DNA of 64,000 bases from Clostridia bacterium (GTDB taxonomy: Bacteria > Bacillota > Clostridia > Oscillospirales > Acutalibacteraceae): positions 39,416 to 103,415 of the forward strand of contig JAFXGM010000013.1 of assembly GCA_017513195.1 (NCBI GenBank), given 5' to 3'. Shown piece after piece: positions 55,127 through 64,000 of the stretch (the stretch's first letter is position 1; every line of letters begins with the position of its first letter). Both the position numbers and the translations under genes were made by a program. The notes beneath the pieces were generated by a model. That model saw only the letters and a program-made list of their open reading frames with translations. It was not told the origin of the DNA and ran no database searches.

Positions 55127-55753
55127 TTACTCGATATTCTTTTTATTTTTTATCGTTTTAATGTCAGAAATCGTATAAAGCGTTGCCGATAATAACATAA
55201 TACCGATACATATAATTATAAATATTTTTGAAACTATATCCGGTATCGTATTTCCCGCAATTAGAGGATACACAATGTGAATAAAAATGGTTGCGTAAAC
55301 TGATACCGTTGTAAGTTTTCCATGCCATACCGCAGCTACAACAAAACCTGTTTTCTTTAGTGTAATCATATTAAGTATTGCGGCCAATATCTCTTTTACG
55401 GCAAGAATTGCAAGTGCTATAGCAAGTAGTGGATAATCATAAATCAAACAACCCATAACAACTATCTGTGTCATCTTATCAGCAATTGGGTCAAAGAACT
55501 TTCCAAAATTGCTTACCATATTAAATTTGCGAGCTATAATGCCATCGGCAATATCGCTGATACCCGATACAATAAACACTATAGCTGCTAATCCACTTTC
55601 TTTATGACCGAAATAAAGCCATACAAAAATTGGAATCAAACAAATTCTGAAAAAAGACAACAAGTTTGGTATTGTTAAAATCTTATCCTCATACTTGTTG
55701 ATGTTTTGACTTACCAAAAAAAGGTCATCTCCTCGAAAATTTAAAATTTCCAA
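55127..55753 (-). CDS. CDP-alcohol phosphatidyltransferase family protein (PgsA-like)
   Basis: Signature DGIIARKFNMVSNFGKFFDPIADK (D-G-x2-A-R-x8-G-x3-D-x3-D), and the protein is multi-TM. Confidence 0.85.
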   Translation of the reverse strand: MEILNFRGDDLFLVSQNINKYEDKILTIPNLLSFFRICLIPIFVWLYFGHKESGLAAIVFIVSGISDIADGIIARKFNMVSNFGKFFDPIADKMTQIVVMGCLIYDYPLLAIALAILAVKEILAAILNMITLKKTGFVVAAVWHGKLTTVSVYATIFIHIVYPLIAGNTIPDIVSKIFIIICIGIMLLSATLYTISDIKTIKNKKNIE

Positions 55754-55811
55754 AATCCACTAAATTATAATGCATTAGCATAAAAAGGTCAAGCCCTCAA
55801 ATTTTACCCCA

Positions 55812-57263
55812 TCATTTAATAGGAACTATAAACGCACCCTCGCCATATGCAAACTCAAGTTTTAATAAGCCCTTATCGTCAAGCTCTATTATTTTAGGCG
55901 TACCGGTGTAACCCTCGCCACCATAAACGGCAACTGCCCTGCAATCTTTAAAAGTAGCTTCTACTTTATTTATTTCCGTAGTTTCCTTTGAAGGTTCGGC
56001 AAAGTTTACAAACATATAGCTTTCGCCGTACCTATCACTTGCAAAACGGCTTACAACAAGGTCTTGTGTACCAAAAGCATCTACATAGTGCTTAGCATCA
56101 TTCATTTTTACTTTTTCCCAATTTTCATCAAGCTCAATACAAGATACACGATAGGTCTGTTTTTCAATACCCGAAATACCTACTGACTGCTGCCAATCAT
56201 AAGCAAGTACGGCACTAGCAAACTTTTGAATTTCTGCGTTTACGGTTTTTACGTCATAGTATAGTTGACTTGGTGTTCTGTCTTGATTGAGCATACAATG
56301 GTTGTATAAATAGCTCTCTATCTTGGTGCCGTCAGAATTGTATGTAGTTGGCACCGAATAGCAATAATACTGCAAGTTATCTGCGCCAAACGCGATTGCA
56401 AGATAAGCTTGAAGTCGCATATCTGCTTCACTTACTTCATCCCAAAACTCATTACCTGTACTGGACTGCAAAATAAATGAAGTTTCTGCATTGTATTTCT
56501 TAGCAGTGTTTGCGATTTGGTTATAGTTGTTAAGAATATTAAGTCCTACAACATTCCAATTTGAACATAAATAACAGTCAACACAAATATATGGCGTTTC
56601 GAATTTGCTCATTATATCATTGCCGTAATGTTCAAGCATTTCAGGATAATCCACATAGTCACGGCTTGTAATAGCAGTTTCGGGAATAAGGTTTATCATA
56701 TATTTGGTGTTTGGAAATGCCTTTTTAAAATCCTCTATAAGCGCATCATCAGAAAGCTTGGTCATGGTTTCTTTATTGGGTTCATCGTTTATGTGTACAC
56801 CCTTAATTATATCTTTGTACTTGGCATACTGACCGTGTGTGGTAAAAGGCTTATTGTAAAAATATTCTTCGCCCTCGTTAGCAAGGTTAAACCACGACGC
56901 GCCGTAAGCAATATATACGTCAAGACCTACTTTTTTACAAATTTCAAGTGCTTCCAATGTGCGTTCAGAGCCAATATAATATTGTGTTTTGCCGGTTCTG
57001 GGTTGTTCGTCGTGGTTTGTAAACGAACAAACGTTAAAGCCCGCGTCCTTATAAAGCTTAAAGGCTTCCTCGGTTATATCGTGTGGCGCCCAAAGACCGC
57101 AAAGCTCAAATTCTTGGCTTTCGTATTTAGGCAAATTGGTTTGTATGTACGGTTCTTTTTTATCGGAGGTGTTACTGCCGCTTTGGTTATTTGCTTCTTC
57201 GCAACCAAAAACCGCCAAAGGCATAACGCACGCTAATATAAGCGCTAATATTTTTTTAAGCAT
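55812..57263 (-). CDS. Paralogous lipoprotein A (TIM-barrel glycosidase-like, unknown family)
   Basis: Lipobox AVFGC. Conserved blocks are shared with the two upstream paralogues: LPKYESQEFE, HINDEPN, VDCY, ILQSSTGNEF, AFGADNLQYYCYS, YMFVNFAE and a GEGAFIVP C-terminus. Confidence 0.7.
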   Translation of the reverse strand: MLKKILALILACVMPLAVFGCEEANNQSGSNTSDKKEPYIQTNLPKYESQEFELCGLWAPHDITEEAFKLYKDAGFNVCSFTNHDEQPRTGKTQYYIGSERTLEALEICKKVGLDVYIAYGASWFNLANEGEEYFYNKPFTTHGQYAKYKDIIKGVHINDEPNKETMTKLSDDALIEDFKKAFPNTKYMINLIPETAITSRDYVDYPEMLEHYGNDIMSKFETPYICVDCYLCSNWNVVGLNILNNYNQIANTAKKYNAETSFILQSSTGNEFWDEVSEADMRLQAYLAIAFGADNLQYYCYSVPTTYNSDGTKIESYLYNHCMLNQDRTPSQLYYDVKTVNAEIQKFASAVLAYDWQQSVGISGIEKQTYRVSCIELDENWEKVKMNDAKHYVDAFGTQDLVVSRFASDRYGESYMFVNFAEPSKETTEINKVEATFKDCRAVAVYGGEGYTGTPKIIELDDKGLLKLEFAYGEGAFIVPIK

Positions 57264-57290
57264 AAAATTTCCGCCTTTTGTTTTTTAGTT

Positions 57291-58676
57291 TTAAGCCATA
57301 GGAACAATAAATACGCCTTCGCCATATTTAAGCTCTAGAGAAAGGTTACCATCCTTGCCAACTTCTACAATCTTTGGTGTGCCTGTAAAGCCGTCGCCGC
57401 CGTAGATTGCAACCGCGCCGCAATCCTTAAAGGTAGCGGTTACTTTATTTGGTATTTCACTTTCTTCTGCAAAGTTTACAAACATATATGCCTCACCGTA
57501 TTTTTCGCTTGTAAAACGGCTGGCAACAGTGTCGTGTGTACCCGAAACAGAAACATAATGCTTAGTATCTTTAAACGTTTTGTCCTCGAATAAATCGTCG
57601 TATCTAAGATAATTAACGCGGAAACTTTGCTCCTCGGTACCAACAACAGATATAGAGTCGTCCCAATTGTAAGCTAGAACCACGTCTGAAAAGCTTTGAA
57701 TTTCGGCGTTTATTTCCTTAACATAGTCGTAAAGTACACTCGGTGTACCATTTTCATTTAAAATACAGTAATTATACGCTATGCCCTTTGGAAGTGAATA
57801 ACAATAATACTGTAGATTGTCTGCGCCAAAAGCAATTGCCAAATAGGCTTGCCAACGCATATCGCCTTCGCTTAAGCTGCCCTTAAACTCGTTGCCCGTG
57901 CTCGATTGCAAAATCATTGTTGTTTTTGCGTTGTACTCTTTTGCTATCATTGCAAGCTTGTAATAATTTTCAAGTATGCGCTCATCTTTGTTGTTCCAAA
58001 ACGGGTAACAATCTACCGAAATATACGGAACGTCAAACTGGCTCATTATGCCGCTGCTATAATGATTTAACAAATCATCATACGAAGCATAACCTCTACC
58101 ATTTGGCCAGGTTATATCACTCAGATTTATTATATAACTAGCATTAGGATATACCTTTTTAAAGTCTTCTACAAGAGTTTTATTGGACATTTCATCCATT
58201 ACTTTGTTATTGGGTTCGTCACAAATATGAACGCCGGTGATTATATCTTTATACTCACCATAGAGATCATATTTACTAAAAGGTGTTTCACCATTATAGT
58301 CCTCACCCTCGCATTGTTCAGCTTTCCAATCGTTATAATTAAGTATTGCGTTAAGACCTACTTTTTTGCAATTTTCAAGCGCTGTCATTGTGCGCTTGGA
58401 GCCAAGATAAAACTGCTCTTCACTGGTATTGCCTAAAGAATGATTTATCATAGCGAGAGTATTAAAACCCGCATCCTTATAAAACTTTAGTCCCTCTTCG
58501 CTTATATCGTAAGGCGCCCAAAAACCTGAAATTTCAAATTCTTGGGACTCGTATTTAGGTAAGTTATCCAAGCTATATTGATTTTTAGCATCTTCCTTTG
58601 CAACGTCTTGACCGCAACCCACAACAGAAAAAACCATAACACTCACCATTAATAACGAAAAAACTTTTTTTAACAT
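57291..58676 (-). CDS. Paralogous lipoprotein B (same family)
   Basis: Lipobox SVVGC, with HICDEPN, VDCYPF, ILQSSTGNEF, AFGADNLQYYCYS and GEGVFIVP. Confidence 0.7.
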   Translation of the reverse strand: MLKKVFSLLMVSVMVFSVVGCGQDVAKEDAKNQYSLDNLPKYESQEFEISGFWAPYDISEEGLKFYKDAGFNTLAMINHSLGNTSEEQFYLGSKRTMTALENCKKVGLNAILNYNDWKAEQCEGEDYNGETPFSKYDLYGEYKDIITGVHICDEPNNKVMDEMSNKTLVEDFKKVYPNASYIINLSDITWPNGRGYASYDDLLNHYSSGIMSQFDVPYISVDCYPFWNNKDERILENYYKLAMIAKEYNAKTTMILQSSTGNEFKGSLSEGDMRWQAYLAIAFGADNLQYYCYSLPKGIAYNYCILNENGTPSVLYDYVKEINAEIQSFSDVVLAYNWDDSISVVGTEEQSFRVNYLRYDDLFEDKTFKDTKHYVSVSGTHDTVASRFTSEKYGEAYMFVNFAEESEIPNKVTATFKDCGAVAIYGGDGFTGTPKIVEVGKDGNLSLELKYGEGVFIVPMA

Positions 58677-58724
58677 TTTATCCTTCCTTTACATATAGGC
58701 TGACGGAATCGCCAGCCTATTGTT

Positions 58725-60209
58725 TTATGCTACAGGAACTACAAATATTCCCTCGCCATATTCAAGTTCAAATTGAACTTCGCCGTTTTTATCAAGCTTA
58801 AGAGTTTTTGGTGTTCCGTCGAAGCCAACGCCGCCATAAACCTTTAGCTCACTGCAGTCCTTGAATTTTGTTGTTACAATATTTTTAACTTTTTCCACAG
58901 TACCGTCTTCGTTTTTAACGTCGCGGTCTGCCCAGTTAACAAACATATATGCCTCGCCAAAATCCTTGCTTGTAAAGTGGCTTATAGCAATGTCTTGTGA
59001 GCAAGAGGTTTCTACATATTTTTTGGCATTATCGAAGGTTATCTCTTCAAAATTATCGTCGATTTCTAACGGAGCTACTCTGTATGTTGAAACATCATAA
59101 CCGGATTTACCTATTACTTGCTGCCAGTCATAAGATAAAATAACGTTTGAGTAAGATTGAATTTCCTTGTGTATTTTTTGAAGACTATAATAAATAGGAC
59201 TTGGAGTATCATCACGATTAAGTATGCAATAATCGTACATAAATACCTCTTTGCCGTTCTCATCAAAGCTCTTTGGAACCGAATAACAATAATACTGTAG
59301 TGTATCTGCACCAAAGAGAAGTGCATTGTTTACTTCCCAACGCAAATCACTTTCGCTAAGCTCCATCTCAAATTCTTTACGTCCTTCATCGGCGCCACCC
59401 ACACTGGACTGAAGAATATAACCCGGTTTTACACCATATTTCTTAGCAGAATCTGCTATGTACTGATAGTTTACAAGAAGAGTACCATCGTCCTGTGTGT
59501 TACCCTGATGGAAAGGATAAACGTCTACCGATACAAATGGATTTTCAAAAGGCTCCATAAAGGTTTTTTCATAAAGCTCCATCATTTCTTCATAGGTGGT
59601 AAAACCACGGCTTGAAACTGCAGTTATAGGAATAAGGTTTACTATAAATTTAGCATTGGGATAAACCTTTTTAAAGTCATCTATAAGGGTTTTGTCACCA
59701 TATAGTGCAAAATGATTGGTGCCTGTACCGTCTGCACGCTTTAAGTAAGGTTCATCACAGATATGTATGCCGGTAATTATATCCTTATATTCGCCGTAAA
59801 TATCGTGCTTGCTAAACGGAGTTGCTCCGTAAAAATCTTCACCCTCTTCTTCACAACGCGGAACCATCCAGTCATTATAATTAAGAATAGCGTTAAGTCC
59901 AACCTTTTTACAGTTTTCAAGCGCTGTCATAGTGCGCTGGGATCCAAAATAAAACTGCTCTTCACTAGTATAACCAAGCGAATGATTTATCATAGCAAGA
60001 GTGGTAAAACCTACATCCTTGTATTCTTTTAAACCTTCTTCGCTAATATCATAAGGTGCCCAGAATCCTGAAATTTCAAACTGCTTTTCAGCATACTGTG
60101 GTGTCTTATTTTCTTCTTTAGCAGCAGGTTCAGCGGTTTCTTCTCCGCAACCGATAGCTGCAAATGCCATTACAAACGCCAACGACAATGTTACTATTTT
60201 TTTAAACAT
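58725..60209 (-). CDS. Paralogous lipoprotein C (same family)
   Basis: Lipobox AAIGC, with HICDEPY, VDVYPF, ILQSSVGG, LFGADTLQYYCYS and GEGIFVVP. Confidence 0.7.
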   Translation of the reverse strand: MFKKIVTLSLAFVMAFAAIGCGEETAEPAAKEENKTPQYAEKQFEISGFWAPYDISEEGLKEYKDVGFTTLAMINHSLGYTSEEQFYFGSQRTMTALENCKKVGLNAILNYNDWMVPRCEEEGEDFYGATPFSKHDIYGEYKDIITGIHICDEPYLKRADGTGTNHFALYGDKTLIDDFKKVYPNAKFIVNLIPITAVSSRGFTTYEEMMELYEKTFMEPFENPFVSVDVYPFHQGNTQDDGTLLVNYQYIADSAKKYGVKPGYILQSSVGGADEGRKEFEMELSESDLRWEVNNALLFGADTLQYYCYSVPKSFDENGKEVFMYDYCILNRDDTPSPIYYSLQKIHKEIQSYSNVILSYDWQQVIGKSGYDVSTYRVAPLEIDDNFEEITFDNAKKYVETSCSQDIAISHFTSKDFGEAYMFVNWADRDVKNEDGTVEKVKNIVTTKFKDCSELKVYGGVGFDGTPKTLKLDKNGEVQFELEYGEGIFVVPVA

Positions 60210-60221
60210 AACTTTCTCTCC

Positions 60222-61973
60222 TTAATCTAAAGAATATTTCTTTTCGTATGAATTATATTCATCAACAAAATTACCAACAGCTTCGGTTTTTACATTTCTT
60301 AAATACTTATGCGTATCAAGCTTTGGTGAATCCTGCTGAATTGTATATACAGCAATATTTGAGCAATGGTCAGAAACACGCTCTATATTTGTAAGCAAAT
60401 CAGAGAACACAAAGCCCATTTGAACAGTGCATTCGCCCTTTTGCAAACGGTCAATATGACGTGCTTTAAGCTCGTCCTTAAGCTTATCAATTACCTGCTC
60501 AATAGGCTCGACGTGCGCAGCTTTTTCAAAATCGTCATTTACAAAGGAATCAACCGTAATATTCACAATCTCTCTTAAAGCATCTATTGTAACACCAAGC
60601 TCACGTTTTGCATCGTCAGAAAATATAATATTCTTTTCTTTAATTTCAAGTGCCGTATCGCAAAGATTTAGTGCGTGGTCGCTGATACGCTCAAAATCAC
60701 TAAGCGAATGAAGCATTCGTGATACTGCATGTGAATCGTCTTCGGTAAGATTATTACTGCTAAGGCGCACAAGATAAGTGCCCAGCTTGTCCTCATATTT
60801 ATCGGTAAGCGTTTCTGTATCTTTTACAAATTTAGCTTTTAATTCGTCATAACCGGCAATAATATCAAGCGATGACATTATTGCTTGACGAGTATAATCT
60901 GCCATCTCGTTTGAAAGACGTCGGCACTCGCTAATTGCAAGCGGTGTGTTATTAAATATACGCTCGTCCAAAAATACGGTGTGCTGCTTTTCGCCCTTGC
61001 CCTCGGGAACAACAACCTCACAGAACTTGATAATAAATTTCTTTACAGGAATTAAAAGCGCTGTGTTGATTACATTAAATAGGGTATGAATTATAGCGAC
61101 GCCAACCATGGCAATTTCGGCACTTAAAACAGAAACACCTAAAGCCTTTAGAACATACAAAATTATCATACAGAAAATCGAACCGAAGGTATTAACCGAG
61201 AAATGCATAACAACTACGCGCTTTGCATTTTTGTTTGTGCCAATGCAGCCAATCAAAGCGGTTATGCAGGTTCCTATATTTGCACCAAGTACCAAAGGTA
61301 TTGCCATTTCCCAAGTTATACCGCCCGAAAACGCCAATGCCTGCACAATACCAATTGTTGCAGCGCTTGACTGAATAACACCCGTAAATACGGTGGAAAT
61401 TAAAAGCGCTATAATAGGACTTTTTAGGGTCGTAAGGAAAGTATCAAAACCCGGAAGCGTCCTAACTGATACCATCGAGTCGCTCATAAGCTCCATACCA
61501 AAAATAAGGATTGCAAAACCTATAAAAATATTGCCTAGGTCTTTTTTCTTACCGCTTGAAGAAAACATTTGCATAACAATACCAACAAAGGCAAGTATCG
61601 GTGCAAAGAAATTTGGATTTAAAATATCTACGTACCACATACCCTCTATACCAGCAAGACTTAAAAGCCACGCAGTAAGGGTAGTACCGACATTAGAACC
61701 CATTATAAGTCCAAATGTGTTGCTAAAATTCAAAAGTCCAGAATTTACAAGGCCAATCAGCATTACGGTAAATGCTGATGAAGACTGAATGGCAATGGTT
61801 ATACCTGCGCCCAAAAAGAAACCCAAAAAGTCATTTGCGGTAACCTTTTTCATCGTGCGCTCAAGTCCGCCACCCGCCATGGTTTCAAGACCGCCGGACA
61901 TTACATTCATACCAAACATAAAAAAGGTAAGGCCTAAAATAAGCGGTATTACCATAGTGGTTAAAATATCCAT
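60222..61973 (-). CDS. Na/Pi cotransporter family protein with C-terminal PhoU-like domains
   Basis: 583 aa. The N-terminal half is multi-TM with duplicated QSSSA(F/A)T motifs. The C-terminal half has two PhoU-like helices (ERISDHALN, ERVSDHCSN). Confidence 0.88.
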   Translation of the reverse strand: MDILTTMVIPLILGLTFFMFGMNVMSGGLETMAGGGLERTMKKVTANDFLGFFLGAGITIAIQSSSAFTVMLIGLVNSGLLNFSNTFGLIMGSNVGTTLTAWLLSLAGIEGMWYVDILNPNFFAPILAFVGIVMQMFSSSGKKKDLGNIFIGFAILIFGMELMSDSMVSVRTLPGFDTFLTTLKSPIIALLISTVFTGVIQSSAATIGIVQALAFSGGITWEMAIPLVLGANIGTCITALIGCIGTNKNAKRVVVMHFSVNTFGSIFCMIILYVLKALGVSVLSAEIAMVGVAIIHTLFNVINTALLIPVKKFIIKFCEVVVPEGKGEKQHTVFLDERIFNNTPLAISECRRLSNEMADYTRQAIMSSLDIIAGYDELKAKFVKDTETLTDKYEDKLGTYLVRLSSNNLTEDDSHAVSRMLHSLSDFERISDHALNLCDTALEIKEKNIIFSDDAKRELGVTIDALREIVNITVDSFVNDDFEKAAHVEPIEQVIDKLKDELKARHIDRLQKGECTVQMGFVFSDLLTNIERVSDHCSNIAVYTIQQDSPKLDTHKYLRNVKTEAVGNFVDEYNSYEKKYSLD

Positions 61974-62006
61974 GTTTTTCTCCTTTTAAGATAGCGGGTT
62001 TAAAAA

Positions 62007-63398
62007 TTAAAACTTGATTTTCTCAGCAATGTATGATTTAAGTTCGGCAATTGGAATACGAACCTGCTCCATACTGTCACGTTCACGAACCGTAACGCAA
62101 CCGTCCTCTTCACTTTCAAAGTCATAGGTAATGCAGAAAGGTGTGCCGATTTCGTCTTCACGGCGATAACGCTTACCGATTGAGCCTGCATCGTCAAAGT
62201 CAACCATAAATTCTTTTGCCAAATCGTTCTTAATTTCCATTGCCTTGTCAGAAAGCTTTTTAGAAAGAGGAAGAACTGCCGCCTTAAACGGTGCAAGAGC
62301 AGGATGAAGTCGTAGCACTACACGCTTGTCACCCTTTTCGTCAACCTCTTCATCATAAGCATTGCAAAGGAATGCAAGTGTAACACGGTCGGCACCCAAA
62401 GATGGCTCAATAACATAAGGAACATATTTTTCATTTGTTTCAGGGTCAAAATATTCCATTGGCTCGCCCGAATGCTCTGCGTGCTGGCTTAAGTCATAGT
62501 CGGTACGGTCTGCAACACCCCAAAGCTCGCCCCAACCAAATGGGAACAAGAATTCAAAGTCGGTTGTCGCCTTTGAATAGAAGCAAAGCTCATCTTTATC
62601 GTGGTCACGAAGGCGAAGCGAAGCTTCATCCATACCAAGATTTATAAGCCAATCGCGGCAGAAACTGCGCCAATAATCAAACCACTCAAGGTCTGTACCG
62701 GGCTTGCAGAAAAACTCAAGCTCCATCTGCTCAAACTCACGGATGCGGAAGATAAAGTTACCCGGTGTAATCTCGTTGCGGAAGGATTTACCAATCTGAC
62801 CTACACCAAAGGGCAACTTGCGGCGTGTTGTGCGCTGAATATTTTTAAAGTTTACAAAAATACCCTGTGCGGTTTCAGGACGAAGATAAAGTGTTGAAGA
62901 ACTATCTTCTGTTACACCCTGAAATGTTTTAAACATAAGGTTAAATTTTCGAATATCGGTAAAGTCGTGCGAGCCACAATCGGGGCAAGCAATACCCTTT
63001 TCGCGTATGTATTCCATCATTTCAGCATCGGTCATAGCAGCGGGGTTATCGCTAAGACCGTTTTCTGCTACATAATCCTCAATAAGCTTATCAGCTCTGT
63101 GACGGGTTTTGCACTGACGGCAGTCCATAAGTGGGTCAGAGAAGCCACCCAAGTGACCCGATGCTACCCATGTTTCAGGATTCATAATTATCGCACTGTC
63201 AAGACCTACGTTGTAAGGGTTTTCCTGTACAAACTTCTTCCACCAAGCGCGCTTAATGTTGTTTTTAAGCTCGACGCCCAACGGGCCGTAATCCCAAGCG
63301 TTTGCAAGACCGCCGTAGATTTCACTGCCCGGATATACAAAACCTCTGCCTTTGGCAAGGTTTACTATTGTTTCCATTGTTTTTTGCGAATTTTCCAT
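62007..63398 (-). CDS. glyQS: Glycine--tRNA ligase (homodimeric GlyQS type)
   Basis: 463 aa. N-terminus ...[28 protein letters not shown], class II motifs ([21 protein letters not shown]) and a C-terminal anticodon-binding domain. Confidence 0.95.
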   Translation of the reverse strand: MENSQKTMETIVNLAKGRGFVYPGSEIYGGLANAWDYGPLGVELKNNIKRAWWKKFVQENPYNVGLDSAIIMNPETWVASGHLGGFSDPLMDCRQCKTRHRADKLIEDYVAENGLSDNPAAMTDAEMMEYIREKGIACPDCGSHDFTDIRKFNLMFKTFQGVTEDSSSTLYLRPETAQGIFVNFKNIQRTTRRKLPFGVGQIGKSFRNEITPGNFIFRIREFEQMELEFFCKPGTDLEWFDYWRSFCRDWLINLGMDEASLRLRDHDKDELCFYSKATTDFEFLFPFGWGELWGVADRTDYDLSQHAEHSGEPMEYFDPETNEKYVPYVIEPSLGADRVTLAFLCNAYDEEVDEKGDKRVVLRLHPALAPFKAAVLPLSKKLSDKAMEIKNDLAKEFMVDFDDAGSIGKRYRREDEIGTPFCITYDFESEEDGCVTVRERDSMEQVRIPIAELKSYIAEKIKF

Positions 63399-63490
63399 TT
63401 TTTACATCCTTTCAGAAAAATCAAATTTCTACAAATACAATAGTAATAAAAACTGGGGCAAAAGTCAATATTTTTATGAATTTTATCATC

Positions 63491-63519
63491 TTGACATATT
63501 TATATATATGTTATATAAT
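63491..63519 (+). promoter_or_regulatory. Consensus sigma-A promoter of the 94-aa hypothetical gene
   Basis: TTGACA (63491-63496), 17 nt spacer, TATAAT (63514-63519). Confidence 0.65.
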
Positions 63520-63560
63520 TTTATGGCAAGAATTAAACTTTTAGTTTGGGAGATAAAACT

Positions 63561-63845
63561 ATGGCAGAATCAAACTTTTTAACCTATAAAGGCAAACCAC
63601 TTGTAAGAAAGGGTAAAGAAATTTACTATGGCGATATGAGTGAAAAATATATCGTAAAATTTGAAATTCTTTCTGCAAAAAAAGACGATAAATTAGAAAT
63701 TGCCGACAAGGTATCTGTTCAATTACTTGACAGCAATACTGATAAGCCAATAAAAGACCGCATTAAAAAAGACAGCGTGAAAGACAATTTGTTCACCGCG
63801 CTCGACCTTGGTCTTACTTGGCTTGAACGCGCATTAAAAGAATAA
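63561..63845 (+). CDS. Hypothetical small protein (94 aa)
   Basis: ATG 63561 lies 8 nt after GGGAG. It has a consensus promoter and a downstream terminator. I recognise no family. Confidence 0.6.
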   Translation: MAESNFLTYKGKPLVRKGKEIYYGDMSEKYIVKFEILSAKKDDKLEIADKVSVQLLDSNTDKPIKDRIKKDSVKDNLFTALDLGLTWLERALKE

Positions 63846-63854
63846 TGTTTGACG

Positions 63855-63895
63855 TACCCAGGTTGTTTACACAACTTGGGTATTGTTGCTTTTTA
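63855..63895 (+). terminator. Intrinsic terminator
   Basis: TACCCAGGTTGT-ttac-ACAACTTGGGTA (one G-T pair) followed by a T-rich tract. Confidence 0.65.
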
Positions 63896-64000
63896 AAATA
63901 CCAAATTTTTTGTAAAAAATCTTAAAAAATTTTGATAAAACCCCTTTTCAAAATGAAAAATATATGTTATTATACATATTGATACAATTTTAACAATCTA

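Noticed and set aside
63399-63545. Looked for a T-box leader upstream of glyQS, which is common in Firmicutes.
   Set aside because: The intergenic region is only about 150 nt and AT-rich. It has no AGAGA box, T-box sequence or terminator/antiterminator pair.
1-64000. Searched by eye for CRISPR repeats, IS elements, transposases, integrases, phage structural genes, toxin-antitoxin pairs, restriction-modification genes and known defence genes.
   Set aside because: None found. The only mobile-looking signatures are the DUF559 hairpin-flanked cassette and the tRNA-Pro fragment duplications, both reported as findings.

Overview
This 64 kb chromosomal segment comes from a low-GC, spore-forming Firmicute (Clostridia-like). 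The assignment rests on sigG, RNase Y, a T-box leader, DegV, TmcAL, AGGAGG-type Shine-Dalgarno (SD) sites and consensus sigma-A promoters. I support about 57 protein-coding genes, one tRNA-Pro(GGG), one Thr T-box riboswitch, and a set of promoters, operator-like palindromes and intrinsic terminators.

Gene content is mostly housekeeping:
- argH, uvrC, rpsT, sigG, rny, ackA, ffh, rpsP, rimM, trmD, ptsH, gdhA, thrS, glyQS
- feoAB with a DtxR-family regulator

Interleaved with these are carbohydrate-utilisation genes: GH2, a CE2-like esterase, GH13, glgP, GH38, an FGGY kinase, a galactokinase-like kinase and an alpha-galactosidase-like enzyme.

I see no CRISPR array, transposase, integrase or phage genes, and no recognisable defence system. 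I cannot claim a clearly novel system. The loci most worth a second look are:
1. An 1871-aa secreted beta-helix/GLUG-like protein with no recognisable anchor, followed by an unannotated 43-aa acidic ORF.
2. Three tandem paralogous lipoproteins with a conserved DEP motif, lying between a Na/Pi-PhoU transporter and a CDP-alcohol phosphatidyltransferase.
3. A tRNA-Pro locus surrounded by three partial copies of itself.
4. A DUF559 gene bracketed by three copies of one hairpin.
5. Identical palindromes abutting the SD of both feoA and feoB.
6. A DUF2975 / XRE / large membrane protein operon with nested palindromes.
7. A translationally coupled DUF2156-GNAT pair.

All family calls come from motif recognition by eye. 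No database search was run.
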